The notes: generated by a model from the sequence alone, not told the origin. A stretch of DNA of 64,000 bases from an uncultured Spirochaetota bacterium (GCA_963734495.1 CAVTHK010000007.1:160001-224000), one strand, 5' to 3'. Positions 1-10,769 are shown, counted from the first letter of the stretch. Numbers and translations: made by a program.

Positions 1-50
1 GCAAGCGCGGCCAGCGCCGCCGGCGCCAGTGCGAGCCCGGCGGCTCTCAT
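1..50 (-). CDS. N-terminal fragment of a probable exported protein (runs off the window edge)
   Basis: ATG at 50 overlaps the hisC stop (ATGA). It reads MRAAGLALAPAALAAL, which is signal-peptide-like. Confidence 0.5.
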   Translation of the reverse strand, partial: MRAAGLALAPAALAAL

Positions 51-1144
51 CGTCCAAGCACCTTTCTGAGGGCGCGCAGGAACCGCTCGTTGTCCTGCGG
101 CCGTCCCACTGTCACGCGGACGTGCCCGGGCAGCCCGAAGCCGGCGCCTGGCCGCACGATGACGCCCTCGTCTATGAGCCGGTCCACGACGGCCCTGTCG
201 TCGCCCCCCACCCGGACCACGACGAAGTTCGTGTGGCTCGGCACGTACGCGAGCCCCATGGCGTCGAGCTCTCCGTAGAGCTTCCGCTTGCCCGCGGCGA
301 CCATGGCCAGAGTTTCCCGGTAGAACTCCTGGTCCTCCAGCGCCGCCGCTCCCGCCTTCTCGGCGGCCACCGAAACGTCGAACGGCGGGCGAACCTTGTA
401 CAGGGTCGCGACCAGCTCGGGCCGCCCGATCCCGTAGCCCAGCCGCAGCCCGGCGAGGCCGTAGGCCTTGGAGAAGCTGCGGATGCAGAAGAGGTTCTCG
501 GCGCCGGAAGCGATCCGCTCGACCGCTCTTGGGGCCAGCGAGAGATCGGCAAAGTCGCGGTAGACCTCGTCGTAGGCCACGAACACGCGGGGCGGCAGCC
601 GGTCGTGGAGCGCCCGGAACGCGGCGTCATCGAACATCGTGCCCGTCGGGTTGTTCGGGTTGCAGAGCCAGATGATTCGCGTGCGGTCGGTGACGGCCCG
701 CTCCATGTCGTCCAGATCGATGGAGTAGCCGTCCATGCGCGTGATCACCACACGGGCGCCCATGATGCGCGATATGATCTCATAGCATGAGAAGGTGACC
801 CGCGGGATGATCACCTCGTCGCCCTGCGCGAGCAAGGCCATCCCGAGCGCGTAGATCACGCTGTCGGAGCCGTTGCCCGTGATGATCTGCTCGAACGGCA
901 CCCCGGCGTGACGCGCGAGCGCGACCCGCAGGTCCGGGGTGCTCACCTCCGGGTACTGGTAGGCGGACCGGGCGTGGGCGAGGAGCGCGTCCAGCGCCCG
1001 GGGAGACATGCCGAGGGCGTTCTCGTTGGACGCCATCTTCACGACGTCCACGAGCCCGCGCTCGCGCGCGACCTCGGCGACCGACTTGCCCGCGACGTAG
1101 GGCTTGATCGCATCGACCCCCGGATTCAGCCGCTGTCCCGCCAT
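47..1144 (-). CDS. hisC: Histidinol-phosphate aminotransferase (class I/II PLP enzyme)
   Basis: Motifs KMASNEN, GNGSD, CNPNNPTG, DEVY and RSFSKAYGLAGLRLGY. Start placed at ATG 1144, just after the topA stop. Confidence 0.88.
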   Translation of the reverse strand: MAGQRLNPGVDAIKPYVAGKSVAEVARERGLVDVVKMASNENALGMSPRALDALLAHARSAYQYPEVSTPDLRVALARHAGVPFEQIITGNGSDSVIYALGMALLAQGDEVIIPRVTFSCYEIISRIMGARVVITRMDGYSIDLDDMERAVTDRTRIIWLCNPNNPTGTMFDDAAFRALHDRLPPRVFVAYDEVYRDFADLSLAPRAVERIASGAENLFCIRSFSKAYGLAGLRLGYGIGRPELVATLYKVRPPFDVSVAAEKAGAAALEDQEFYRETLAMVAAGKRKLYGELDAMGLAYVPSHTNFVVVRVGGDDRAVVDRLIDEGVIVRPGAGFGLPGHVRVTVGRPQDNERFLRALRKVLGR

Positions 1145-1146
1145 GA

Positions 1147-3861
1147 TCAGACTTCCTGCTGCTCCCCGCGCCGCCTGCCGGCCGCCGCCGGCGCCTTGCG
1201 GCCCCTGCCGCCCTTGCGGCCCGTGCCGCGCGCCGGGCGCCGTGCCGCCGCGCGTTCCCCGTCCTCGCTCACCTTCCACGCGCCGTCGCTGAAGTGCGCC
1301 GCCCACCCCGACGGCTTGCCGTCCTTGACCCCGACCAGGTAGTGCTCGCGCTGCTTGCGGCTGAAATGCACGGCCACGGGATTGCCGTGAGAGTCCTGGC
1401 GGGGGGCATCCGCGAGGTAGCGGTACTTCTCGGCCAGCTCGTCCCTGTGGCGCGCGAGGTCCTCGACGAGCGGGCTGCGCGTCTCACGCGATCTCGGGAA
1501 CTCGCTCGAGGCCAGAAAGAGCCCGGCGGCTCCGTCGCGGAGCACGAAGTGGCCCTCCGATTTCTCGCACTTGAGCTCGGGCATCGGCACGGGGTCCGCC
1601 CGCGGCGGGGCCGGCTCGCCGTTGCGCAGCAGCTTGCGGGTGTTCCGGCACGCGGGGTAGTTGGTGCACGCAAAGAACTTGCCGAAGCGGCCCGTCTTGA
1701 GCTCCATGTTGCTTCCGCACTTCTCGCATTGGATGACGGGGCCGTCATAGCCCTTGATGCGGAAGCGGCCTTTCTCGATCTCGAAGCCGTCGCAGTCGGG
1801 GTTGTTTCCGCAGATGTGCAGCTTGGTGGTCTCGTCGATGAGGTAGCTGTCCATCGCGGTCCCGCATTTGGGGCACCGGTGCCTGTGGAGAAGCGCCCGG
1901 GCCTCCTCTTCGGCCTCGTCGTCTCCGACGTGCTCGACCTCGTCGCCGCGGATCAGGTTGACGGTGTTCTTGCACCGCTCCTTTGGCGGCAGGTCGTAGC
2001 CCGAGCAGCTCAGGAACACGCCGGTGCGCGCCGTGCGGATCATCATCGGCCGCCCGCATACGCTGCACGGGATATCGGTCCTGGTCGGCTCCGAATGCGC
2101 CATATCGGACGAAGCGCGGCTCAGGTCCTTCTTGAACCTGCGGTAGAAACCATCGAGCGCCTCTTTCCAGTCGAGCTTGCCTTCGGCGATGCCGTCGAGC
2201 TCCTGCTCGAGGCTTGCGGTGAAACCGTAGTCGAGGATCTCGTCGAAAAAGCCGAGCAGCCGTTCCGTGACGACGTCGCCCATCTTCTCCGCGTAGAAGC
2301 GGCGGTTGTCGAGGCGGACGTAGCCCCGCTCCTGGATCGTCGAGATGATGGAGGCGTAGGTCGAAGGCCTGCCGATCCCCCGCTTCTCCAGCTCCTTGAC
2401 CAGGCTGGCTTCTGAGTAGCGGGGAGGCGGCTTGGTAAAGTGCTGCGAGAGGTCGAGCGAGAGCAGCTTGAGCTTCTGTCCCGCGTCCAGCGCGGGCAGC
2501 ACGACGTCGTCGGTCTCCTTGCCGCCCAGCGGCAGAACGCGCGTCCAGCCGTCGAACAGCATGACCCGGCCGTTGGCGCGCAGCTCGTAGTCGCCCGCGG
2601 TGATCAGCACCACGGTCGCGTGGTATTCGGCCGCCTTCATCTGACAGGCCACGAAGCGCCGCCAGATCAGCTCGTAGAGCCGGACGGCGTCGCGATCGAA
2701 GCCTTCGACGCCGGCGGGGAGGACCTTGACGTCCGAGGGCCTGATCGCCTCGTGCGCCTCCTGCGCTGATTCGCCCGAGCGGTACACCTGCGGCTGGTCG
2801 GGGAGGTAGCGCGCGCCGTGGGCGCTCTCGATGTAGGCGCGCACCGCCGCCACGGCCTCGGCCGACAGGTTGGTCGAGTCGGTGCGCATGTACGTGATGA
2901 GCCCCGCCTCGTAGAGCCGCTGGGCCAGCGTCATGGTCTTCTTGACGCTGAAACCGAGCCCGATGCTGGCCGCCTGCTGCAGCGTCGACGTGATGAGCGG
3001 AGCCGGCGGGTTCTTGCGAGTCGGCTTGTCCTCGCGCTTCGCGACGACGTATTCGGCCGCCTCCAGCCCCTGCCTGGCCGCGGCGGCCTCATCGGCATTG
3101 CGCGGCTTGAACGCCTTGCCGAAAGCGCGGGTGACTTTGGCGGGGAAGCGCTCCTTGCCGGATGACAGCTGCGCCGCCGCCTCCCAGTACTCCTCGGGGA
3201 CGAAGGCGTGAATCTCTTTCTCGCGCTCCGTGATCAGGCGCACGGCGACCGACTGGACGCGCCCGGCGGACAGACCGCGCGCCACCTTCTGCCACAGCAG
3301 CGGCGACAGCATGTAACCGACGACGCGGTCGAGGAAGCGGCGCGCCTGCTGCGCGCGCACCCGGTTGATGTCGATCGAAGAGGGCGCGGCGAACGCCTCA
3401 GTGATCGCCTTCTTCGTGATCTCGGAAAAGATCACGCGGCGGTACCGGTCTTCGGCCCCGCCGATGGCTTCGCGCAGGTGCCACGCGATCGCCTCCCCTT
3501 CGCGATCGAGATCGGTCGCGAGGTAGACGAGATCGCTCTTCGCCGCGAGGCTCTTGAGCTCCTCGAGCACCTTCTCCTTGCCGGGCACGATCTCGTAACT
3601 CGCCTGCCACCCGCCCTCCGGGTCGATTCCCATGCGCCGCACGAGCGCGTCGCGGGCGCGGGCCGACCTGAGGGCGCGGCGCTTGGCCGCGGGAAGGCTC
3701 TTGTCGATCGGCTTTGAGGGCGCAGCTCTCCTGCCCGTTCCGCTCGCCGGCAGATCGCGGATGTGTCCCACGCTCGATTTAACGAGGTAGTCCTTGCCGA
3801 GGTATTTGTTGATCGTCCTGGCCTTTGCAGGTGATTCGACGATCACCAGCGATCGAGGCAT
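1147..3861 (-). CDS. topA: DNA topoisomerase I (type IA)
   Basis: [31 protein letters not shown], catalytic [23 protein letters not shown] and C-terminal CxxC zinc ribbons. Confidence 0.97.
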   Translation of the reverse strand: MPRSLVIVESPAKARTINKYLGKDYLVKSSVGHIRDLPASGTGRRAAPSKPIDKSLPAAKRRALRSARARDALVRRMGIDPEGGWQASYEIVPGKEKVLEELKSLAAKSDLVYLATDLDREGEAIAWHLREAIGGAEDRYRRVIFSEITKKAITEAFAAPSSIDINRVRAQQARRFLDRVVGYMLSPLLWQKVARGLSAGRVQSVAVRLITEREKEIHAFVPEEYWEAAAQLSSGKERFPAKVTRAFGKAFKPRNADEAAAARQGLEAAEYVVAKREDKPTRKNPPAPLITSTLQQAASIGLGFSVKKTMTLAQRLYEAGLITYMRTDSTNLSAEAVAAVRAYIESAHGARYLPDQPQVYRSGESAQEAHEAIRPSDVKVLPAGVEGFDRDAVRLYELIWRRFVACQMKAAEYHATVVLITAGDYELRANGRVMLFDGWTRVLPLGGKETDDVVLPALDAGQKLKLLSLDLSQHFTKPPPRYSEASLVKELEKRGIGRPSTYASIISTIQERGYVRLDNRRFYAEKMGDVVTERLLGFFDEILDYGFTASLEQELDGIAEGKLDWKEALDGFYRRFKKDLSRASSDMAHSEPTRTDIPCSVCGRPMMIRTARTGVFLSCSGYDLPPKERCKNTVNLIRGDEVEHVGDDEAEEEARALLHRHRCPKCGTAMDSYLIDETTKLHICGNNPDCDGFEIEKGRFRIKGYDGPVIQCEKCGSNMELKTGRFGKFFACTNYPACRNTRKLLRNGEPAPPRADPVPMPELKCEKSEGHFVLRDGAAGLFLASSEFPRSRETRSPLVEDLARHRDELAEKYRYLADAPRQDSHGNPVAVHFSRKQREHYLVGVKDGKPSGWAAHFSDGAWKVSEDGERAAARRPARGTGRKGGRGRKAPAAAGRRRGEQQEV

Positions 3862-4025
3862 TGATGTCCCCCCACCCAGCTTGGTTGGCCACAGAAGATA
3901 AGGCCCCCGTTCGAGAAGAGTCAAGGGACACGATGTGCCCCGTAGGCCCGAGCCTGCTCCGCAGGCTCGGGGTGGCCCGGCCGCGCCGGCGCGCTCTGGC
4001 CCGGCGCCGTGTGCGGCAGAATGCG

Positions 4026-4820
4026 TTATGCGGTCGCCATGGACCAGAGCTCGCGGATGCGGTCCAGCGACTCGGCCGAGTCGGAGAGCGGCGAGTACTC
4101 GAAGCCCACCGTCCCCGCGTATCCGCGGTCGCGTATCCTGCGCAGCAGCGCGAGCCAGTCGAGCTTTCCCGTGCCGGGCTCGTGGCGCCCCGGCACGTCG
4201 GCGACGTGAAAGTGGCCGATGCTGGCGATGTCGCGGTCGATGATCGAGGCCAGGTCTTCGCCCATCACCCCGAGGTGGTACAGATCGCAGAGCACCTTGA
4301 GCCGGGGATGGCCCACCTCCCGCACCAGCGAGACCGCAGTCGCCATATCCTGAAGGAAATATCCCGGGTGATCGATCCGCGTGTTCAGCGGCTCGAGAAC
4401 GAGCGACAAGTCTTCGGGAACGGCCTCGACCGCCCGCCGCAGCCCGTCCCGCAGGTTGGCGTACTTGCGCTCGGCCGGCAGCGTATCGAACGTGGCGGTC
4501 ACGCGCCCGCCCTCGCCGAGCTCGTTGGAAAGCAGCATCAGGGTCGAGCAGCCGAGAGTCCGCGCCGCCGCGACCGCATCGCGGAGATCGTCGAAGAACG
4601 CCTTGTGCGTTTCCGCCGCGATCAGGCTTCCCCTGCGGTGCCCGCTGAAGTTGGCCACCCGCACGCGGTGGTCCGCGCACGCCGCTGCCAGGGCCGGCAG
4701 GTCCTTGTCGCGCCACCCCCAGAATTCGACCGACGAGAACCCTGCGGCCGCGACGCGGCGGATTTTTTGAGTTGGGCTCAATTCCTGAAAGATCATCTCG
4801 AAACAGATCACCGCTTCCAA
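4026..4820 (-). CDS. Hydroxypyruvate isomerase-like (Hyi/OtnI, xylose-isomerase TIM barrel) protein
   Basis: [42 protein letters not shown] start follows a GGAGG RBS. Confidence 0.85.
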   Translation of the reverse strand: MEAVICFEMIFQELSPTQKIRRVAAAGFSSVEFWGWRDKDLPALAAACADHRVRVANFSGHRRGSLIAAETHKAFFDDLRDAVAAARTLGCSTLMLLSNELGEGGRVTATFDTLPAERKYANLRDGLRRAVEAVPEDLSLVLEPLNTRIDHPGYFLQDMATAVSLVREVGHPRLKVLCDLYHLGVMGEDLASIIDRDIASIGHFHVADVPGRHEPGTGKLDWLALLRRIRDRGYAGTVGFEYSPLSDSAESLDRIRELWSMATA

Positions 4821-4874
4821 GCTTCCCTCCCGAAGAGACGGCAGGCTGCCTTCATTATTATCTCATAAAATGCC

Positions 4875-4902
4875 TTGATCTTCCATAATCCGCCTTTATA
4901 AT
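4875..4902 (+). promoter_or_regulatory. sigma70-type promoter for the DeoR/HAD/ABC operon
   Basis: TTGATC-16-TATAAT in an AT-rich divergent intergenic region. Confidence 0.6.
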
Positions 4903-4918
4903 ATGATGCGAGGCCAAG

Positions 4919-5677
4919 GTGCTGCAACTCGAGAGGCAGCTCAAGATCATGAACCTCATAGGCCAGCGTCAGGCCGTGACCATCGTCGACCTCGCGCGGG
5001 AGTTCGACGTCTCGCAGAACACGGTCCGGCGGGACCTTCAGGCACTGGCGGACAAGGGGTTCCTCAGCCTCACGCACGGCGGAGCGGTGCTGAACCGCCA
5101 GGCCCCGATGGGCGTTCCGCTCGCGCAGCGCGAGGTCAACCACATCCAGGAGAAACGCGCGATCGGGCTCAGGGCCGCGGAGATGGTGGGCGAAGGCGAG
5201 GCCGTCATCCTCGACGCGGGCACCACGACGGAGCAGATCGCCATCGCGCTCAAGGATCGGGCCGCGCTCACCATCATCACCAACGCCATCAACATCGCGG
5301 CGCACCTGCGCACCGCCGCTGGTGTCACCGTGGTGCTCACCGGAGGCGTCCTCAACGACGTCACCGGCTGCGTGGCCGGCTTTCACGCCGAGCAGTTCCT
5401 GGGCCAGTTCCATGCAGCCAAAGCCTTCATCTCGGCCGGCGGCGTGACGGTGGACACCGTCACGAACACGAATGCCTTCGAGGTGCAGATCAAGCGGCGC
5501 ATGATGGCCGCGGCCGAGCAGTCATTCCTCGTGGTCAGCCACCACAAGCTCGGCCGGACCTCGCTCGTCCCCTTCGCGCGGCCCGGTGACTTCAAGGCCA
5601 TCCTCACCGACGCCCAGGCCGATCCCGAGATCGTCGCGCGCCTGCGGGAGCTCGGCACGGAGGTCGTCCTTTGTTGA
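4919..5677 (+). CDS. DeoR/GlpR family transcriptional regulator
   Basis: HTH VSQNTVRRDL..L..THGGA; sensor domain LDAGTTT, TNAINIA. Confidence 0.95.
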   Translation: MLQLERQLKIMNLIGQRQAVTIVDLAREFDVSQNTVRRDLQALADKGFLSLTHGGAVLNRQAPMGVPLAQREVNHIQEKRAIGLRAAEMVGEGEAVILDAGTTTEQIAIALKDRAALTIITNAINIAAHLRTAAGVTVVLTGGVLNDVTGCVAGFHAEQFLGQFHAAKAFISAGGVTVDTVTNTNAFEVQIKRRMMAAAEQSFLVVSHHKLGRTSLVPFARPGDFKAILTDAQADPEIVARLRELGTEVVLC

Positions 5678-5685
5678 AGGATGCC

Positions 5686-6420
5686 ATGTCGAAGGCCCTC
5701 ACCCTCAAGGCCTGCGCCTTCGATCTCGGCAACACCCTGGTCGACGACGTCGCCGCGTTCGAGGCGGCGGTGGCCGAGACCGACGCCTGGCTCTGCGGCC
5801 GCGGGCTCATCGGCGAGCCCGGGTCGTTCGCGTCGACCTACACCGGCGTGAACCGCGGCTCCCACGAGCCGTTCGTGAGTCACACCTACGGCGAGCTCGC
5901 CTATTTCGCGCGGACCTTCGCGGCCCTCGGGGTCTCCGGGCTCGCCCCCGAGGAGGCGCTGGCGGCCTACCGGCGCTTCGTGACCGCGCGGTTCGCGCTC
6001 GAGCCGGAGGTGGAAGGCGCGCTGCGGTGGCTGCGGGAGCGGGGCTGCAGGATCGGGCTCGTGAGCAACGAAAGCGTCGCCCGCATCAATGCCTTCATGG
6101 AGAAGACGCACGGCGATGCCCTCTTCGACGAGATCATGGTCTCCGAGGCTGTCGGCCACGAAAAGCCGGACCCGGCGATCTTTCGCGAAGCCCTGCGGCG
6201 TCTCGGCGTCGAGGCGCCTCAGCTCGTGATGTTCGGCGACAACGAGGTGGCGGACGGCGCCTGCCGCGAGCTGGGCATCCGCTTCGTTCTGGTGACGGGC
6301 TTCAGGCGCACGGGGTGGCGATGGGAGCGAGGGAAGCCGCACGAGCCGGACTACGTGATCGAGCGCGTGGACCTGCCGTCGCTCGCGCGCGCTCTCTCGG
6401 CTCTCGGGGACGGCTCGTGA
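5686..6420 (+). CDS. HAD-superfamily hydrolase
   Basis: FDLGNTL (motif I), VSN, KPDPAIF, GDNEVADG. Confidence 0.85.
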   Translation: MSKALTLKACAFDLGNTLVDDVAAFEAAVAETDAWLCGRGLIGEPGSFASTYTGVNRGSHEPFVSHTYGELAYFARTFAALGVSGLAPEEALAAYRRFVTARFALEPEVEGALRWLRERGCRIGLVSNESVARINAFMEKTHGDALFDEIMVSEAVGHEKPDPAIFREALRRLGVEAPQLVMFGDNEVADGACRELGIRFVLVTGFRRTGWRWERGKPHEPDYVIERVDLPSLARALSALGDGS

Positions 6421-6502
6421 GGGAGGCCGGGGGCGCCGGCGCACGGAGGAGTGAGGAAGAATCGCGTTGCGATTTTCGAGATCCGTAGCGAGGAGGAGCT
6501 CA

Positions 6503-7813
6503 ATGAACAAGTCTCTCCTGTTCGTGGTGGTCCTGGCGTTGCTCGGGACCGCTGCCCTGTTCGGCTCCGGGCAGAGGCCGGCCGAGACCTCAAAGGAGCC
6601 GATCACCATCACCGGGATGGTCCGGGATTACAGCATGAAGTTCGACGCGCCCTGGACCACCGCCGCAGCCGCGCTGCAGAAGAAATATCCGAACGTGAAG
6701 GTGGAGCTCGAGGGCCTGCCGTACGACAACCAGCGCGAAAAGGTCCTGATCACCGTGGCCGCCGGCAAGGGCCCGGACATCGCGCAGGTGGACTGCATCT
6801 GGCTCGGCGAGTTCGCGAGCAACAAGATCATCACCGACGTGAGCGCCCGGCTGGACGCGGACCCCGCGCTGCGCGACGACTACGTCGACACGTTCCGGGA
6901 GTCGGCGAAGTGGCAGGGCAAGAGCTACGGGATCTGGCTGTGGACCGACGTCCGCATGCTCGCCTACCGCAAGGACTTCTTCAAGCAGGCGGGCTTCGAC
7001 CCGGAAAAGGCGCCGAAGACCTGGGGCGAGCTTCGTGAGTACGCGCGCAAGCTCAACAGGCCGGCCGACGGAGTCTGGGGATACGCCTTCCCGGCGTTCT
7101 CGACCGACCACACCGCGGACCGCTTCTACCCCCTCCTCTGGCAGGGCGGCGGCAACATCCTCAGCCCGGACTACACGAAGGCTGCCTTCAACAGCGACGC
7201 GGGTGTCGCTGCCTTGCAGGCCCTGGTCGCGCTCATGAACGTCGACAAGGTCAGCCCGAAAGACCTGCTGGGCATCAGCGAGTCGGACCTGAGCAAGGGC
7301 TACGTCGCCGACAAGTACGCCATGATGATCAAGGTCGGGGAGTTCTGGGCAGACTACAAGGCCAAGGGCCTGACCGTGGACCAGTACAAGGCGATGCAGG
7401 GCGTGGCGCCGCTGCCCATTCCCGAAGGCGGAAAGCCCGCGACCGGGTCGGGCGGGTGGATCGCAGGCATCACGCGCGATTCGAAGCACGCCGACCTGGT
7501 CTGGGAGTACCTGAAGATGGTGGTCGACCCCCAGAACATGGCGAAGTTCTGCATCGCCAACGCAAGCCTCCCGGTCCGCAAGTCGATGCTCGCCATGGCG
7601 GGAGACTTCAGCCAGGCCATCCCATACTACAACGTGGCCGCCCAGGTGCTGCCCACGACGCACTTCAGGCCGCCGATCCCCGAGTACACCAAGATGTCGG
7701 CCGAGCTCGTGACCGCGATCCAGAAGGCGCTTTCGCTGCAGGCGCAGCCCAAGGAAGCGCTGGACCAGGCGGCAAAAAAGGTCGACGATATCCTCGCCAC
7801 CCGAAAGTGGTAG
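6503..7813 (+). CDS. Sugar ABC transporter substrate-binding protein (CUT1)
   Basis: GAGGAG RBS; spirochaete-type signal LFGSGQ; GKGPDIAQ, PKTWGEL, SGGW motifs. Confidence 0.92.
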   Translation: MNKSLLFVVVLALLGTAALFGSGQRPAETSKEPITITGMVRDYSMKFDAPWTTAAAALQKKYPNVKVELEGLPYDNQREKVLITVAAGKGPDIAQVDCIWLGEFASNKIITDVSARLDADPALRDDYVDTFRESAKWQGKSYGIWLWTDVRMLAYRKDFFKQAGFDPEKAPKTWGELREYARKLNRPADGVWGYAFPAFSTDHTADRFYPLLWQGGGNILSPDYTKAAFNSDAGVAALQALVALMNVDKVSPKDLLGISESDLSKGYVADKYAMMIKVGEFWADYKAKGLTVDQYKAMQGVAPLPIPEGGKPATGSGGWIAGITRDSKHADLVWEYLKMVVDPQNMAKFCIANASLPVRKSMLAMAGDFSQAIPYYNVAAQVLPTTHFRPPIPEYTKMSAELVTAIQKALSLQAQPKEALDQAAKKVDDILATRKW

Positions 7814-7821
7814 GCACGTAG

Positions 7822-7847
7822 GGCCCCGGGGCGCCTGCCCCGGGGCC
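7822..7847 (+). terminator. Intercistronic GC hairpin after the binding-protein gene (mRNA stabiliser or partial terminator)
   Basis: GGCCCCGGGGC-GCCT-GCCCCGGGGCC perfect 11-bp stem with no strong U tract. Confidence 0.55.
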
Positions 7848-7863
7848 GCTCCCTTGTACCGAC

Positions 7864-8748
7864 ATGCGACGAAAGGCTCTCGCAGGATACCTCTACATCT
7901 CGCCTCTTCTTCTGGGAGTCCTGCTGTTCTCCCTCTACCCCATCGTGCAGGTGATCTGGATGAGCCTCCAGGATATCGAGCTCGCCAACCTGCGCGAAGG
8001 CACGTTCGTGGGCCTGCGGAACTACACGCGCATCTTCGCCATGGAGGACCCGTCCTTCCTCGAGGTGCTGCGGATCACGTTCGCGTTCGTGGGCGCCTCG
8101 GTCGTCCTGCACATCGTGCTCGGCCTGGGCCTCGCCCTGCTGCTGAACATCCCGTGGGTCCGGGGCCGCAACTTCTTCCGCAATCTCTACATGGTGCCGT
8201 GGATCACGGCGGGCATCATGGTCGGCTACACCTGGAGCTTCCTCTTCGAGCCGCGGGCGGGGATCCTCAACTACCTGATGAGCCTGGCGCACCTGCCTGC
8301 CCAGTCGTGGACCGCGGACCCGCTCCTCGCCCTGCCCTCGATCATCGCGGCCAACGTCTGGCGCGGCGTCCCCTACAGCCTGATCATGCAGACCGCCGGG
8401 CTGCAGAGCATCAACACGGAGCTCTACGACGCCGCGGTCGTCGACGGCGCCTCGCAGCCGCAGATCCTCGCCAGGATCACGCTCCCGCTGATCAAGGAGT
8501 TCCTGCTGCTGAACCTGGTGCTGGACACGGGGCTCACATTCCATGTCTTCGACACGATCTTCGCCATGACCGCGGGGGGACCGCTGCACCGGACGGAGAC
8601 CTTCTCCATAAACATGTACCTCAGGGCCTTCAAGTTCGGCGAGCTCGGGATGGGGTCGGCGATCGGGATGGTGCTCCTGCTCATCAGCCTCGTCCTCGCG
8701 CTCATCTACATGCGCTTCTTCCGCGGGAAGGCGGACAGGCATGGGTAA
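7864..8748 (+). CDS. Carbohydrate ABC transporter permease (MalF-like)
   Basis: FVGLRNY, EAA-like loop ELYDAAVVDGAS, ITLPL; multiple TM helices. Confidence 0.93.
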   Translation: MRRKALAGYLYISPLLLGVLLFSLYPIVQVIWMSLQDIELANLREGTFVGLRNYTRIFAMEDPSFLEVLRITFAFVGASVVLHIVLGLGLALLLNIPWVRGRNFFRNLYMVPWITAGIMVGYTWSFLFEPRAGILNYLMSLAHLPAQSWTADPLLALPSIIAANVWRGVPYSLIMQTAGLQSINTELYDAAVVDGASQPQILARITLPLIKEFLLLNLVLDTGLTFHVFDTIFAMTAGGPLHRTETFSINMYLRAFKFGELGMGSAIGMVLLLISLVLALIYMRFFRGKADRHG

Positions 8749-9586
8749 GGCCCGCAGGATCGGCGCGCGCGCCGTCGTCTACCTGGTGCTGCTGCTCTAC
8801 GCAGTCATCACGATCCTCCCCCTCTACTGGGTCTTCAGCACGACGTTCAAGAGCGCGGGCGAGGCGCTGCAGTATCCGCCGACGCTGATCCCGACGCGCC
8901 CCACGCTCTCGAACTTCGTGGAGATCTTCAGCAGCTCGAAGGTGTTCGGCGTCCGCCCCTTCGTCAACAGCGTCGTCATTTCCCTCGGCGCCTCCCTGCT
9001 GACCGTCGTGGTGAGCTTTCTCGCGGGCTACGGATTCTCGCGCTACCGATTCCCCGGACGCGACGTGCTCCTCGTCTCGATGCTGTTCATCAACCTGCTG
9101 CCGCTGCTCGCCACCATCGTGCCGCTGTTCCGTCTCTTCTCGCTGTACGGGCTCTACGACACCTACCTCGGCCTGATCCTGCTGCACGGCCTGCGGACGG
9201 CCCCGTTCACCGCGTGGCTGATGAAGGGGTACATCGACACGCTGCCCCTGGAGCTGGAAGAGTCGGCGCTGCTCGACGGCTGCTCGCCCGCGGTGGCGAT
9301 GGGGCGCATCATCCTGCCGCTCGCGACGCCGGGGCTCGCGGCCGTGGCGGTGTTCGGGTTCCACACGGCGTGGAACGACTTTACGGCCGCTCTCATCCTG
9401 ACCACCAGCCGGAACGTCAGGCCCTATACGATCTCGCTCTACAGGTTCGTCGGCGAGCAGGGGCAGGTGGCGTGGAACCTGATCTCGACGGCCGCCTTCA
9501 TCTCGGTGGTCCCGGTGGTGATCAGCTTCGCCCTCTTCCAAAGGTACTTCGTGACCGGCCTGACCGGAGGGGCGCTGAAGTCGTGA
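8741..9586 (+). CDS. Carbohydrate ABC transporter permease (MalG-like)
   Basis: ELEESALLDGCS, AWNDF, FQRYFVTGLTGGALK. Confidence 0.93.
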   Translation: MGKARRIGARAVVYLVLLLYAVITILPLYWVFSTTFKSAGEALQYPPTLIPTRPTLSNFVEIFSSSKVFGVRPFVNSVVISLGASLLTVVVSFLAGYGFSRYRFPGRDVLLVSMLFINLLPLLATIVPLFRLFSLYGLYDTYLGLILLHGLRTAPFTAWLMKGYIDTLPLELEESALLDGCSPAVAMGRIILPLATPGLAAVAVFGFHTAWNDFTAALILTTSRNVRPYTISLYRFVGEQGQVAWNLISTAAFISVVPVVISFALFQRYFVTGLTGGALKS

Positions 9587-9681
9587 GCAACGGCACTCGC
9601 AGCCGCGATGCCCTCGAGCTCAACGGCGCTCGAACAAAGCGGGGCGCCCCGAATCGTGACGCTGAAATCGTGAGGTGACCC

Positions 9682-10431
9682 GTGAATGCAATGGAGTCGC
9701 TGCTCGCTCAGCTTCCGCCGCGCTCGCTCTTCCCCGATGAGATGCCGCGCTACCCGAACCTCTGGTTCCTCGTCGACCCGGCGCTCGCGCTGCGGGGCGA
9801 GTACAAGAACGCGGTGCGGATGCTCGTGCACGCGCTGGAGGGGCAGATCGGCCTGAAGGACACGTTCGTGCAGGACGTGGCCAACCACAACCTCGCGCAC
9901 ATGCTGGCCGTCCCGGGCGAAGGCAGCGACTTCCAGGCCCGCCTGTGGCCGCTCGAGCCCTGCAGGCAGGCGGGCGATCCGCAGCGCGGGCACGGCCACC
10001 AGGTTCACGCGCGCTTCTACGTCACGCCCCTGATGCGCGCGGGCAGGACGCGCGCGCCTTACGCGCTTCCCGGCCTGCCGGGCGGAAGCCGCGAGCTCTT
10101 CGCCATTCCGGCGAGCGTCCACTACGAAGTGTCGACGGAGGATCCGCTGCACCCCTACGAGGACTCGTGCCCGATGTGCGGCATCACGGGGGAGTACGCC
10201 GTGCCCGTCGACCGGTCGAGCCAGGACTACTGCGTCAAGATCCACGACCCGCTCGGCGTCGAGCTGCTCGCGCACGGCACGCTGCGCGGGCAGCCTGCCA
10301 TCGACGCCGAAGGCGGACTGGTCCCCTGCCTGGAGAACCTGGAGGGACCGTGGACATGCGCGATCGAAGAAGCGAGCCAGGGACGCGGGGAGCCGCAACG
10401 GCTCGCCTGCGTGCTCCTGCTGCGGAGGTGA
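9682..10431 (+). CDS. Hypothetical protein with Cys/His-rich putative metal-binding motifs
   Basis: GAGGTG RBS and coding-like codon use; HPYEDSCPMCG and YCVKIHDPLG motifs. No family recognised. Confidence 0.7.
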   Translation: MNAMESLLAQLPPRSLFPDEMPRYPNLWFLVDPALALRGEYKNAVRMLVHALEGQIGLKDTFVQDVANHNLAHMLAVPGEGSDFQARLWPLEPCRQAGDPQRGHGHQVHARFYVTPLMRAGRTRAPYALPGLPGGSRELFAIPASVHYEVSTEDPLHPYEDSCPMCGITGEYAVPVDRSSQDYCVKIHDPLGVELLAHGTLRGQPAIDAEGGLVPCLENLEGPWTCAIEEASQGRGEPQRLACVLLLRR

Positions 10432-10463
10432 AACCGGCGTGACACGCCGCGATGGCCCGCGCT

Positions 10464-10685
10464 TCAGGGCGTCCTGAGCCCCGCGCTGTAGCCGATGCGG
10501 CGCACGATCTCGGGAATCGCCGCCAGCACTTCGCTCTCCACCTCCCCCGCGTAGTCGACTTCGACCGTCGCCTCGTTCACGTCGACGTGGACGTCGCGGA
10601 CGCCAGCGAGCTTCCGTCCGAGGTGCTCGATGGCGTACGCGCACGACGGGCAGGTGGCCCCATCCAGGTCGAAGACGGCCTTCAT
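10464..10685 (-). CDS. Heavy-metal-associated (HMA) domain protein, CopZ-like
   Basis: 73 aa with a GATCPSC metal-binding loop and a ferredoxin-like pattern ending IGY. Confidence 0.85.
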   Translation of the reverse strand: MKAVFDLDGATCPSCAYAIEHLGRKLAGVRDVHVDVNEATVEVDYAGEVESEVLAAIPEIVRRIGYSAGLRTP

Positions 10686-10769
10686 GACAGGTTGAAGGTA
10701 ACCTCGCCGCCCGGCTCGCGGCAAACCGCCGGGCGCGGCCCAGCCGCCCCCGCCCCGGCAGGGCGACCC

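Noticed and set aside
3862-4716. N-terminal extension of TopA (1189-aa ORF)
   Set aside because: The extension overlaps the Hyi-like gene in another frame. TopA homology begins at [10 protein letters not shown] (3861).
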